A stretch of 64,000 nucleotides of DNA from Bugula neritina (taxonomy: Eukaryota > Animalia > Bryozoa): contig OZ037765.1 of assembly GCA_964035545.1 (NCBI GenBank), positions 23,807,504-23,871,503 on the forward strand, in the 5' to 3' direction. Shown in pieces: positions 13,301-27,400 of this stretch; position 1 is the first letter of the stretch, and the number at the start of each line of letters is the position of its first letter. Made by a program: the position numbers and the translations under genes. Under the pieces are notes generated by a model. The model saw only the letters and a program-made list of their open reading frames with translations, made no database searches and was not told the DNA's origin.

Positions 13301-16300
13301 TCAATGAATTAGAATCAAACTCATCGAGTACTAAAAACTAGTGATGAAATAAAATTAGATTTTCAAGAGCTTTCAATCAGGCAGGACAGGAGTGCGTGGT
13401 TTCTGTAATAGATAATATATTACACAGTAATTAGGATTAGCTGTGTAAACAGGTAGCCATCAGTCATGTCACTGACGCTTATAATATTTAGACATGTTTA
13501 AGTAGAATCAGATAACTGTTCATATCTTATTTATCTCATTTCTTCACTTTGTTATATGAAGTTTATCAACCTTAGCCTGAATTTCCAGCCAGGTATTTCC
13601 TTTCAGTAATACTTTTCCTTAACTTCTAGCGGTTTTCCAGCATTAAGGTTACTTTTCAAACATCTTCTACCACAGCAAACTCTCTCATCAGAATAAAATC
13701 TTTGTTTTGGAAATGGTTACATAATACAGTCTCGTCTTCAATTGTCGCCATGATGATTTACCAATTTATGCGAATTGTCCCATGCATTTTAGTTTTTAAT
13801 CACTGATAATAATTACAAGTTCACCATACAATAATAATAGTATTATAATGATATAGTTCAATAATATACAGTAGGCTCTAGTTATTCATTAAAATGAAGG
13901 TTTTAATACACATTTATACATCTTTTCCAGCTGTTTCACTATATTTGTTATATAAAACCATACAAAATAGCCTATCAAGTTTAAACGTGGTAGACCAGGC
14001 ATAACACGATAAACTGGTAGAGCAAAATATTTATAACAATTCTATTTTACTTCAATTAGAGGTTTGTCATTGTTTTTGTTTCTCTAATTAAGCCTTTCTT
14101 ATAATCTTAAATAAATAATTATGCAACATTCTTTGGGTATGTATTGTAGAATTTGATCATGTTTTTTCGAATAAATATTATGTTATGTTCATACCACACA
14201 TAGCTGCATGTTACTGTTGAGCCTAAACTCAATCTAATATTTAAAACATACAATATATCAATTTATTTGAAAAATGAAACCCTGGTGTAAAAGTCAAATG
14301 ATTTTGTCATTACATGACCACAATCTGACTATTTTATAAGACTAATGTCTTACAAGAAAAATAATCCCTGTAGGTTAGTAGTTACTTTTTGCGATTCATT
14401 CACCAAAATATATTTCTGTTATTTTGTCATTTTTGCATTTCTTTGAATAGACTAGAAGTGGTAGTTATGTTTATATCAGTATTATTATAACTTAACAAAC
14501 AGAAGTTTTACACTATCAATATGAATTCTTAGAAGCATTCTTACATTAAACAGAGCCAGACTTTGTTATAAGTATGTAGAATACTGGTTCAGATTGGAAA
14601 CACGTTACAGCAAGGCATGGTAATATTATGAATAACACTCAGTGGTATAACGATTAGTCATATCAAAGAGAGGAAACTCTGCGTATTCTTTGTAGTTTAT
14701 TATTACAAAAGGTCACCTAAATTTTAGAAGCCATGATTAAAGATGCTCAAACTTTGATATTTTTTGGCAAGCTTTCCACCAAATTATTATGTTTATTGTT
14801 TTATTATTCTGATTGATAGTAATCATTCATTCATTTGTTAGATATACTCGTATAATCAAACAATTAAACATTTTTTGGTAGCATGTGAGTTTGAACTATT
14901 GAACTTGGAATTATTTCTGCGTGAACCAAGAAATAAATCGCACCTTTGGGTTTATTGTTCAATAAATGGTATAATTGTCTATTGCAGCATATACTACAAC
15001 TACTACAACAACCACTACAACTACGACTCCAACCACTACTACCACCACCACCACTACTACCACTACAACACCCAGCACAACTACTCCAGAAGCCACTACA
15101 GTTCGCTCTCTGCTAAAGGTCACTTATCAAACTGGTGAGACACCATCCAACTCCACATCTAATGCTAGAGGTGGGGAGAAGAAGGCTAAGGTTACCCCTA
15201 ACAGGCACAAAGCTGGGATTGCTGGTTTTATGATTGGATTGTCTGGTGCAAAAGTTGATTTGTTAGGTAAATTATGCTTCATAACCTCTACCCTGCTTTA
15301 ATTCCTGATGTCACCCTTTCATCATTTCGGGTGTCTGTGAAGTACAATAGCTAAGAGATTGTTTGCTGTAGCCTTTCACTCTATCTATCTGGTCCAGTTC
15401 AGTGTAGGTAAAGTGCTCAGTGGTAATTTTCAGTGACTTACAAAATTCCAGTTTCTTTCATCAGTTTCATTAATCAGGTTTATGATTTCACAACCTGCAG
15501 TGCTTCATAAATACTGACAACATCAAAAATAAATATTTCCTATTTTTACCTAATGAGCTATTTAATTCTATATCTGTTTGGTAAGGTATTTTTCATATAC
15601 ATAAAAGACCACCGACCCTGGAAAAGTTGTTTAATTTTTATAGTTTGTGTGACCTCGTTAATAAAGTGCTTAAAATCAAATTTTCCTAGCTCTGATAAAA
15701 GTAATTTGGGAGTCTTTTCTTTACCCATGGTTGTTGTGTTGGCTATTAGAGTCATGATAGGTAGGTAAATAATACACTAGTATCTACACTTGACATTCTA
15801 AAATAAAAGTGTCTAACATGTTGCAGAGAGCTGTATGTACATTTAGAAAAATAAATTATTAGCTCAAGTTTTCCAACTAACTATACTTTGAGGTTTTTTG
15901 TTTAGATCACAGGCTTTAAATTTTTTTATCTTGTACCTTCCTCAATCTATAAATGTTGAAAAGCTTTACCAGACCTTGTGCTTGCTAAAAGTTTGCTGAA
16001 TCTCCATATAAATATTGTCATTGTTTTGGGTTTACATGTGGCTCAAAAGTTTATCTCTTCAATAAAATGCAAGTTGCATTCTGTTTGGGATTGAATAGAC
16101 CAGTATTTGCTACTGATAATAAATTTATCGCTTTTAAGATTTTGTTGTTGTTTGAACCGTTAATTGTGTGCCAATGTCTGCATAGGTATGTGTATTTACA
16201 CTAAACCTATCTGAGGTGAAATTTACTCTAAATTTTATAAATTATTTCTCAAAGCAAATTATCCTAATTTTAGTAAATTATTTTTTATTTTAGACTACTC

Positions 16301-17771
16301 TGCCATTCAACTTTCTTTTCTACCTTTACTGATGGTTTAGTAAACACATTTATCAATTGAAGCAATCTTTAAGTTTGCATATACTTATACAAGAAGCACA
16401 TTATTGTTTTTTACCTTTACCAATGTGCAGTGCACTCACCATTGTTGAGTTAGATATAAATAGGCAGCCAGGCCACGCTTACCCACAATGCACTGCTGCA
16501 GACTGGATGCTTGGTTTGGTGACTTGACCTAGCATCCAGTCGTCTGCAGCTCATGAGATGTCATTCATAATTTCTCTTGACAGCTTCTGTTGATTCAGAG
16601 TGACTTTACTAGCAAATGACTACCACAAATAAAGAAGGTTCTGCCACAATAATTATTAACTAACCTCCCATCAACTAGTTAATACTTATTCAGCTAATTA
16701 AATTGAATTCTGGATTTTGCTCTTGTTTCACCCACAAGGCAGACTATATTTGTTGAGTCAAACCTGATACACCAAGCTTGTAATTTGTTAAAATTATGTT
16801 GGGAGCTATCAGACTGTGAGCTGTAATGCATACCTACATTAGACCAGGTACATAAACAAACTAGTAAACCTGCATTTATGAGGCAGATATGCTGAAATCA
16901 GTAAGAATTCATATTACAACAGCAGCTGTATATGTTGGGCAGCAGCTAGTTCCTGGTATTAGTTTATTATTCGGTATACACTCCTTTAACAATATTATTA
17001 GTGTATGTTACACAGAGTACAAGATATGTTTAGTCTGCGCATCTTGAAAAAGCAAACTTACAATTCTCTCAGTTGATAATATCTTTTTTAGGACTGATTA
17101 TAGGAGTAGTGATTGGCACATTTCTTATAATAGCCTTAATACTGGTGCTATGCTGTGCGTGTCAAGGACAAACAAAGAAAGAATCCAGAAGATATGATTT
17201 AGTGGAACAAGAATCCAACAACTCTCTAACAGATGGAGGTAAAAACATGAGCAATGCATCCACAAATACATTAGAGACACCATGTAAGACAGTCATAACA
17301 GAGGAGAGTAGCATTGAAATGAGTGACGAGCGAAGTTTAAGCACTAAACAATCTGACCTTGACCCTCATCTCAACCTGTATCTACCACCGCCAACACTCT
17401 ATGACTGCCCACAAAATACTTATAAAATCTATCCAAATACAAATCAGCACCAGAACAGACCAAATCCGTTATACGAAATGTCCAGGAGTCAAATGACTGA
17501 GAGTGTGATATCAGAAGAGCTACCTTTACCCCCACCCCCTCCTCCACACAGGACCACCCCCTTGCAGTATCGGGGTGGGGAACAGGAAAACGTCTTCAGA
17601 GGATTCAACCCTACATTTAAAACTTTCCTTGACAAAACTATAGCGATAAAATCCCCTCAACTGGCTAGATCCAATAATGGCCAGCCATTGAGGCACGGAC
17701 ATAGCTCTTTGAGGTATGAGGGAGAGGGTGAAATTCCTGAAAGAAAAGGATTAATTACCTCTGCTTTATGA
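7359..17771 (+). CDS. Single-pass type I membrane protein: signal peptide, degenerate C-type lectin-like domain, poly-Thr mucin-like stalk, TM helix, Pro-rich cytoplasmic tail
   Basis: In-phase exons: 7359-7440 (signal MMPRCFGSVLILTGLFSFQF), 11510-11754 (YSWQNANTQC...LVAI...VWIG...C, a CTLD-like pattern), 14842-14884, 14988-15266 (Thr run), 17092-17771 (LIIGVVIGTFLIIALILVLCCAC TM plus tail). Extra small exons in the long introns cannot be excluded. Confidence 0.75.
14993..15100 (+). repeat. Coding (ACN)n trinucleotide repeat encoding poly-Thr stalk
   Basis: ACT/ACA/ACC run of >30 Thr codons. Confidence 0.9.
16495..16550. other. Intronic 56-nt stem-loop
   Basis: gctgcaga/ctggatgct-t-ggtt pairs with gacc-t-agcatccag/(tcg bulge)/tctgcagc around a 9-nt loop. 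Confidence 0.6.
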
Positions 17772-18205
17772 AGAATATCATCAAGTAACTTCATTGGTCA
17801 CAGAGTGCAGAAACAGGGATGAAATAGTTTAGTTATTTGTTATGTTCTTGTTTTCCATAAGGTGCAACACCTGAACCCTGTATAACTGCAACTGAAATTA
17901 ATTATTACTCTTTCTGGTCAGATATGCATAGTTACTAATTAGGGCGTGATCTTGATTCATACATGCAGTACTTTCAATGAACCCCACTAATTCTTAACAT
18001 TTTATTTGCTTTAGAACACTTTATGATAGAAAATATGTGCATACATTTTATGTTTATTTACACAACATATAAGTAGTTACATATTCAAATTCTTTCTGTA
18101 ATATTATACACATTATTTTTCCATGTTTTTATACTGACTGATGCATGAAAACTATGTAAATCTGTATAAAATATGTTTGTAGAAATTTTAACCTCAATAA
18201 TAGTA

Positions 18206-21200
18206 TCAAGATTTGGCAAAATTCTTGGGTTCTTTCCTAGATACTTTGACAGACGTGATGTGTTTGGTAGGCACAGAGTTTACTCTGTCTCTTTTACTTT
18301 GAGGGTTCTTGTTCGCTATAGTCTTTGACTTTGCATCTGATTGAACTGCACTGATTTCTTTAGGAAATCTGTCATGACTTGATGTTACTTTGGCTGTAGG
18401 ATGTCTCAAACTGGCCGATGTTATTGGATTGCTGTCCGATGAACTTTCAGCGTTTATCGTTTTGTTAGCAAGTCGAATAGCCAGTAATTTGTTATAAGCA
18501 TCAGCAGATCTGAATTCCCGCCCTGGTGATAGGAATGTTGGTATTTCATCAGATTTTAGATCCGTAGCACCTGAAAACGAGCCTGTTTTGTTTAAAGATT
18601 TAACCAAATTGCCAGAAGAAGGGCTGTGGTACTTCCTTTCCGCTGCCATTGGTCGATGAAAAATGTTAGATAAGCTCTCTCCAGTCATTCTACTTGGATA
18701 CATCTCTTCTGTTAAAACCTGTTTAAAAAAATAGTCAGGTTTTGAGACAGAATTCAGCTCATTTAAATATAGCAATATTAATAATAACTTCTTTAGCATC
18801 ATAGAGGGTTAAATCATATTTTTAATCATGTCAACGTATAGGATAATAGTTAATATTATTCGACAAAGATAAGCAAATACTAATTAATGAAACGCTCTGA
18901 GTTGAAAAGTATAAAATGTCTGAATGGCATTCATAACTTCTATAGTAGGTTTTTAAGTGCAAAGAACTCGCTTACTGTGCTCACTGACTTGACAAGTTGA
19001 ATGTTGTATAAAGGTATTACTGTAGGTAAATTGACGGATTTCTTTGCAGGAGTTGTCTTCCTCATGTTCTTTATTACGTAGACATATTTTCCCCTCTATA
19101 ACAAAATGCATATAGGCTATTGCCCATTGAAGTATAACCCCCATAGTTTCAGTTCAGTGCTATAGCCCAATATATTATTAACCTGTATTAGCTTCTTTTA
19201 ATTATAGAATAAGATACAGTAAATGATTAATTACTATACAAATTTTCAGCTTCATTTTAGGTGCTTACTGACAGTTCAGACAAATATTAATCTAGTAGGT
19301 GTTTTTTGAATGGCCAGACTTAAATACCAACAATATCTATTCTTGAAATACCATAGCTTTCTTATGAGGCTCTATTCTGATTAATTACTTCCATGTAATT
19401 ACTGGTTATTATGTGTGAACTTGAATTATGCAGACAGTAAATTAGTAATTGCATCGACATAAACATATATAATTATTGGCAGTAATAAATATGCCATTCA
19501 ACAAAAAAATATTCATGAACTGTTTTGAGACTATTTTGCCCGATGAGCTGATAATTTGTGAGACACAAAATGTGAGCTAATTCAAGCGGCAACAGTGTAA
19601 TAGGATTTATATATGTTTTTGGTATATCACTGAAGAAAAATTAGTGTCAGGTGCAGCTATTTCAAGGTTTATCCCCCCCCCCCCATCAACACAAAATAAA
19701 ATACCATGGCCTACGCCTTCATAATAGTAGAAACTAATGTTTCTGGTAAAGAATATTAAAAGGATTGTGAATTAGCGCTAGTTAAGCCATATATATTCAA
19801 AAGTTGACTCATTGACTTTTTGGCTATTTGTAGTACATTATAATTATTATTGTTTACAGCAATAAGAAATATAACATGAATTCTAACTTTTATTTATTCC
19901 ATTGCTATCAACTACCTATAGTTGTACTGTAGATGCTAGAAAGTAATTTCATGTAAGTAGCGCACCTTGTGTTATATAATACATGTATATGTTACGGATA
20001 TCATATATGGGCACATAATTATTTCACAGGGATTGTTGAACTGAGTGCATGCAAACCAACATTGTTGTCTGATTAAATCACAATTTATAGACTTATCTTC
20101 TCTCTGCTTATAAATATGTATGAATGACATTGTAATAGCATACTTGTTTGATGGAATACAGTTACTTACTTTATAAATCTTTAAGCTCACTTAAAGGTCA
20201 CAGTACACATTATATTGTTAGATGGCAATGAATCTTGAAGCATAGGCCAACACACCATGCAAATTTTTTTAGTTATGTTGCTTATCCAATGTTGAAAATT
20301 TCTAATTATTTACTGCAAACTTATAAAAGTATTAATTTTTATACTTTTTGTGGTGATTTTTTAAAAGTTTGCTCACATAAAATGGTTAGTTTTGTTAAAT
20401 TTGAATCTACAAATCCATTGAGTAATCTATTGTTGGTATTTGATAGCACAGCAGTGGGAGAGAATGGCTCACGCAAAATTTTTGTGCAACAAATTGTTAT
20501 TTAATTTCACTTTTATTTCTGCTGTTGCAGTTACTTGGCCAGTGAAACTGAAAAGACAACTACAAATTATGCTGACCTGAGAATTTTTGTGAAGGTTGGT
20601 GTAAATCTTGGCAGCCACATTACTTGGTAAAACAAAACCTGCTGACTTTGCAGTTTGTTTCATGTTTGTGTCACTTCTCTGGCTGTTTGCTATGGGTGGC
20701 TTCTGCTTCACTGCTGGAAATTCCTTATCCAATTTTATTTCAAAAGGATCACTCAACTGATCGCCTTGAAAAAGAATAAATTAACAAGTGCATATAATAT
20801 TCTGTATTAACTTTCCTAACTACTGCAAAATGCATAACCAGCAACAACTAATTATTTGCACTGAGAATATTGACTAGCCAAAATTATTGTGGTTTTAAAA
20901 CAATTGTTTGTTGCTTCACTGTCTCTTTTGATATTGAATGGCTTTTAGCAAATGAACTGTCTAAACAGCTGATTGTAACAAATTGTATTAAAAGATTGGA
21001 TGAATTAATGGAATTAACAATCATCATTACAACATTTAATGGCCTTGATACTACAACTTCAGCATATTGCTGTTAATTCTTTACCAAAAGAAAACAATTT
21101 AGGCGTCAGAGCTAAATAGGTATATACTGTGCGTAAACAGATAGAATGCTACCATATGTATGTTTATAGCTTCGATCAGTAGCTTGTTTCACCAAACTGT

Positions 21201-22200
21201 AATCTTCATCAGACCTTTTCCAAGTATAGGGCAGTGAATTAGGTTTTGGCAGATTAGTTACACTCCTTGCAGATTTAGACATCTTCGGGTCAGTAGTTTG
21301 TAGCTGCATGGCATAGCAAATATTATAACTGTAGTACAACATGTGAATATACATTATTACTGTAATACAACATGTGAATATACATTATTATTGTAATACA
21401 ACATGTGAATATACATTATTACTGTAATACAACATGTGAATATATGTTATTACTGTAATACAACATGTAAATACAATATAGACCAACTAGTCACATGCCT
21501 ATTTAAAAATACAACTGTTAATTACAACAGCTTTATATTATACTAAAAGTTTTTATAACCACTTTGATATTCTAAGCAATGTTCGAGGAAATATCACACA
21601 TGAAAACATGAATGCAATGCAATATAAACCACAGCACCTCACCTCCACAACAGCTATCTGAACCATTACTTGTACCACATAGCTTAGCAGTAGCCTTCTA
21701 GCATGTGTTTATTGTATAGGCATAAATGCAATTTCACTCAATTATCAAATAATGACCTTCCATTGATGGTTTTTTCGTGTCAGTAAGATTGAGTTCGATA
21801 TATACTGCAACACTTGTAGTGATAAAATACGAGTATAAAACACAGCTTAAATTAACACTTTTATCAATTTATTAGTTATTGATTTAAGATTAATTAACCG
21901 TGATATGGACAGCATATTAATGTAGAAGATCAATAGACCTGGTGTATATATTAAACACGTTATCATAGCATGTAATACTTCAACAGTCACTCACAATGTT
22001 TTCAATATGCTCACCTTTCTGGGCTGAGATTGAAGAGGTGAAAAGTTATCTGTGTCATCATCATCCTTAGGCAGGCTCAGTAATAAATTATGGCTGCTAT
22101 ATCTACTCCGATTCTGCATCTCCTTCAAAGTTTCAGCCCACTCTCTGCTACTGCCCTCATTAACTAGCAGCCTAGCATTGGGTAATACTGAGTGATCCAT
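18206..22200 (-). CDS. Uncharacterised Ser/Lys-rich, probably largely disordered protein (~345 aa)
   Basis: In-phase GT-AG model 22200-22015, 21303-21153, 20764-20577, 18718-18206. An in-frame TAA upstream of ATG 22200 supports the start. No domain recognised; possible extra exons at ~21640-21804 are unresolved. Confidence 0.65.
21327..21475. repeat. 31-bp minisatellite, ~4.7 copies
   Basis: Unit (t)tactgtaatacaacatgtgaatatacatta, next to the acceptor at 21304. Confidence 0.9.
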
Positions 22201-24411
22201 CACAACTGCTGTTTGTCCTTAAACCTACCTCGTAAAATAAGACATCAGCTAATAGCCTACAGTTCTGTGTAATAGATATGGCATAAATAGCTGTTCCACT
22301 ATATAGTAATTTGCTCGAAAGAGTTCAATTGTTCATTGGTTGCCATGAAAGAATTAATTACCTATGCTATTAGGGCAGTGCATTAACTGTTGAAATACTC
22401 TGGCAGCACAAATAAGTGCCATAGAAATTCTGACAATACTCTTTGTAATGACAAATAGACTATTGCTTTATGAAAAATGTACACAATAATTATTTAGTGT
22501 TTTGATTGCACAGAGCTGACTGCTGACATAGCTACCTTATTATATAACTGTCAATGACACTCACAAATGTTATTTCATTAGATATTATATTTATCTTTAG
22601 AAACTTGATAGCAATAAATAAGCACGCTATGAAGTTAACCCATATACTAGAAACTGGAGTTGGCTATAATACACTCTATATATTTGTTTATGCTCGCTAC
22701 AATAATATTTTAATATATCTCAAAATTGTTTATAGCAGTTACATTATGATATAGCATTACATTATTGGCATTAGGTGTTTGCTAAAGGTTTCCATACTAG
22801 ATTAGTGAGAAGTTAAATATGAGCTTACTTTTCTCCATCAAGATACCTAGCATATGCCTTTAATAAAAGCATAATGAGCGAAATCTGGCAAAACTATGAA
22901 AATAGACACCTAAATATTATGTTTTTAAGCAACTGTCCATGGTACATTAAACCTTGAATTGGAAGTTACATTTGCTTAAAAACTAATCACAAAAAAGAAA
23001 ATTGCTCAGCAAAAAGTTACAGCTATTTACTTGTAATTATTCACAAGTGAACTAGTGCATTACAGAGTTTCAACTCTTGTAAAAATCTAGATTCTTATTT
23101 TCATTAGTTCTAAAACTTCCTAGAATAATTATGGGGCTTTTGAGTGTTTTAGGCTTTTTTCAACACGTCCACTAGAATCTCATTACTTTTTATGAGAGAG
23201 GTAAAGTGCAGGGTGTTTTACATGTGTGTTGATGGAATTCACTACACTTGTAACAATATAATATTGTTACATAAAACTATAAAACAAAATAAAAATAAAA
23301 CAAGAAGTGCCACTAAATGCGCAGAATAAGTTATGGAGACATCCTAACTTAGATATAAATGAGAAAGGCAGCTCATAAGTGCTTCGGTAACTAACCAAAG
23401 GTAGCTTATTGTCCAAAAGCTATTCTAATATATAATGACCCAAGTCAGATGATTAGGGAATTGCTTCTGTGCACACATTCTATTGTGTGGAGGGGGGGTA
23501 TACAATACAATGTCATCGTTTGCCGAGACTGAATTCAGACTTCTAGGCTATGGTTTATCCTAGAAAATCTGACTCGGCAACAGCTTTCCTATAAGCATAA
23601 ACAAAACAGTGTTTATGGCACTACTTACTTCATTACTTTTTGCAACATATTTCAACACCCCTATTGGGCAAAATGGAAAACTTAAAACTGTTTTGTGATC
23701 ACGATATATTGAACCTTTGGAGACACCAAATTAATTTTTAATGGGAACAGAAGCAATTACATTGTACAACTATAGCTATACAAATAATATACTTGTGTGA
23801 CAGTTTAAGATTACTTGCCTATTCTAGTCTGCTGCAAAGAGACACTTACTTGCTGATTGTAGTGCATGAGTGGCCTGGGCATACACAGCGATAGCCAATA
23901 CCAGAATGAAATAGTGTACTACAAGAAGTACTACTCTAAACACTTCAATTTAAGATTGAAATGACACACTAGTCAACAACTAAATGAGCTTATTCTTTAC
24001 TTTGAAAAATTGCTAAATGAAAGAAGCAGATAAAGTGTTCAACTTCATCAAAAGGCTCAAAAACTTGTAAAATATAATTACTTGAGAATCACTTGAAATG
24101 AATATTTCAGGCCATGAAAATAATGTCTTTAGAGAAAACAAACTTTAAATATTGGTAAGTAATTTATTTCCAACAAGCAACAAGAAAAAAATATATAAGA
24201 AAAAATATATATACTATTTTTAAAGCAGGGTTTACAGGTAGTAACGTGTTGCACACAGATGTAGCGCAGTTTAGCATACGAAACTACAAGCACATAATAC
24301 TGCGAAAGAGCGCAAAACTTTGCATGTGTTACAAATTACAATATGTGTAGCGCCGAAGGTACTGCATGTGTGCCAAGAACCCAAGAGTAATTGTATTATG
24401 CAGAGTTTATG

Positions 24412-27400
24412 TTAATAACTGAGATCCGGGTTTGAGTATTTGGCGTGACCCTTGTTGATGAGCTCTGAGTCTATACTGACATCAATAGAGTATGTAGTGT
24501 CGTACAGCTCAAACCACACACTAGGGCCAGCGCTCAGCAGATTCTTGTCTCTATCAACCTCCCTTATTTTAGCCACCAGTCTCTTCTCATTACACAAGTC
24601 AATGAAGTCTTTCTTAGCTTCCTTTGTCCAGATGTTCCCAACAGCTGGCTCGAGGTCTATGAGTAGAAGTATGTGATGATATTAGTTTTGGAAAGAAATA
24701 ACTTTCTTACAACGTATCTGCAGCTGACAATAACATACACTACCAGCTATCAGCAGTACCAGAGAACAAGCATATGTAACGTTGAATACAAACGGGAAGG
24801 CCATGCATACCCGACCGTGTATATAATTATTTAGATTTTAGACCATCAACCCACTGGTTATACTCACTGTAGAGGCCAGCTCTGACTGCCTGAAGTTTGA
24901 GCTGAGTGTACTCTTCGGATAAAGGACGGAGGTGTGTGACATCAATGAAGTCATAGTTGCCATAATCAACAAACAGTACCTTCAACTGTAACATTATAGA
25001 AGAATGAGTATACAGGACAAACATACCCGAAACAGACAGGACAAACTGTATATCTGATTACATCTTGCTAACCTTATCGTCTATTCGACCATCCAAAACC
25101 ATAACTCTATACCAGAAGCCATCAGCACAACTAAGCCCAGCACACAGATCGCCTGACTGTGGCTCAAACCCCTCCACTGGTTTGCTGTCCTGCGAATCAC
25201 ACAAACAACTGAACTGACGAAAAAAGCAAGAAGTCAGATGTGAGATGGTAATTATTTTACAGTATATACAGTATATACCTTGAAGTTCTGGTGGAGATTT
25301 TCTATGAGCTGATTGAGGTCGTCTATTTCCGACAGAGGAATAACGACAAAGTGATTAGGTTCGTTAGTGGTGGTTACGAATACATCCCAGAATTCATTGA
25401 CCTCTGGAGGCCGCACGAAACCGGTCTGACACTGGTTTACATTCTGCAGAGAGAATTCATATGCTGGTAAAGTTCTGCTATCACAAGAGAGTCTATAGTC
25501 TATGATATAGTCGAGTATCAGTGTATTAAATAGTACATGTATATGATATAGAATACAGAGTCTTCGCACAAACACACCGAGTAAGTTCACAGTAAAGCCC
25601 AACAGCCACAGTACAGACACAACAAGTTGCTAAGAGAGAAGTCTGCTGAATGCATGAGAACCAGACCTTAATCTTGAGGCTCTGCAGCTGCTGGACAACA
25701 TAGTCCCCAGCTCCTGCTTGACTCAGATCGTGCATAGCTGCTACGTCAGCACCACCTACTGCTGCCGTGTCCCCCTGAGCTGACACAGATACACAGTCAG
25801 CAGTTGGGGAGTCTGGGGGTGTGCCTGGGGGTGTGTCTGATGGAGTACCTGGTAGCTCTGGCAGCGTGTCTGAAGGTGTCTCCACTTCTACGACATTGGC
25901 AAAGACAATTACAGATGTGATGCAACATCATCCGATTTGTTTAAACCAACTTTTTAGATTGTGAAAAAACAAATGCAATATTCAATAACCAAATATTACT
26001 GAATAGATAAGATGCACACACATTTCACTAGAGATTGTACAATTTAGCTAAGCCACGTAAAATATTGATGAAAAGAAAATAAGCCAACCAGTGATGGCTA
26101 CTGACGGAATATAATACGACAGTGACTAGTGACACTATGTAGCTAGCAGGTACACTTACCAAGGTTATCCGTATTAGACGTATTAGATGCTGAAACAGAG
26201 GAGGCAAAAGTTTCCGAGTCAGCGACGTCAGAAGTGCCAGTGTCTGCACTGGATTGTTTGCTGCATGAAATCAAGTACATTAGAATGAGCAGAATAAGCA
26301 CGTATGTATTACATCAAAGTCAATATGTCTGGATGCATACAACTAGATATTGGTGAGGTGCAGCAAATACCTGCTTTCATAAATACTCAGTAGGTGATTG
26401 TTAACATTCAAGTTTTTCTGGGTCAGCTGAACCAAGGCAGGCCGATCTTCTGTAGCAGATTCGATGGTCTAAAATAAAACAGGTTTGAATGTTGGGAGTA
26501 GTAAACAGCATATAGTTACTAAATAATAGAGAGTTCAGACATTGCCAGTAAATTTTCCTTCTCAGTCACGTTGTGTATTCTATTCCTTAACACTTGCTGG
26601 TAGTTACAGGAAAACACAAAAATAAAATTTCTCTCCATATTCTCACAATAACAATCTTATATAGATTAGAATGTATTGAGTAAAATAAGAAGTGAAGGAG
26701 TTTGTTCGCTCTGTATGTACATTACACGACATAGAGACCGGGGGGGGGGGGGTACGTATCGTACTCACTGTCAGTATATATGGATGTTCAGAGTTGATAA
26801 GCTGAGCTGCTTCCACCCCCACATCGTCATTCCAACCAGAGAGCGTGTGCAGTAGACACGGTACTGCCTGCATAGGCAGCGTGTGAGCATGCTCCACGTC
26901 AGCGGGTATTCTCCTGAGCTGACTAGACGAGACTGTAGACTTGTTTCCATAGTCTTTGAAGAACACTACAAACTGCAGCCACACCAGGCATAGTAACTTG
27001 ATAAACAGAACTTACATGTTTAGTTGAATAGGCAAGATATTGTCATTTAGTGCTAAAACATGAAATAAAAATTTGGTAATGAATCAGCAGCAGTCACAGT
27101 ATTGGTGAAACCAACAACACTAGCTGAACCTCAAGCTTATATACTGTGGAATACTGTTTGTATGCATTAACCTAATAGTATATGTAGCACTGATGAATGC
27201 ACTACATAGTTTTAACTACTCCATGTGCGCTGTAGAGATCAATGAACTAGCAGTATTAACTACTTCATGTGTACTGTAGATGTCAATGCACTAGTACTAT
27301 CAACTACTCTAGTGTGAAGGTCACAGCTGCACATACCTTTTTCTTATCTGAGATAACCTCCTGGATGGTTGCTCTGTACCACAGACCATCATACTTGGCA

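Noticed and set aside
14969-14987. Apparent 19-nt GT-AG micro-intron
   Set aside because: Far shorter than any other intron here; donor 14885 gives a normal 103-nt intron in the same phase.
14875-15138. Tyr/His/Asn-rich ORF
   Set aside because: Alternative frame of the Thr-codon repeat; splice phases support the Thr frame.
21327-21475. 31-bp repeats resembling a CRISPR array
   Set aside because: Head-to-tail with no spacers, in a eukaryotic intron; it is a minisatellite.
23249-23271. 10-bp-arm AT-rich hairpin
   Set aside because: Short and AT-rich, plausible by chance in this composition.
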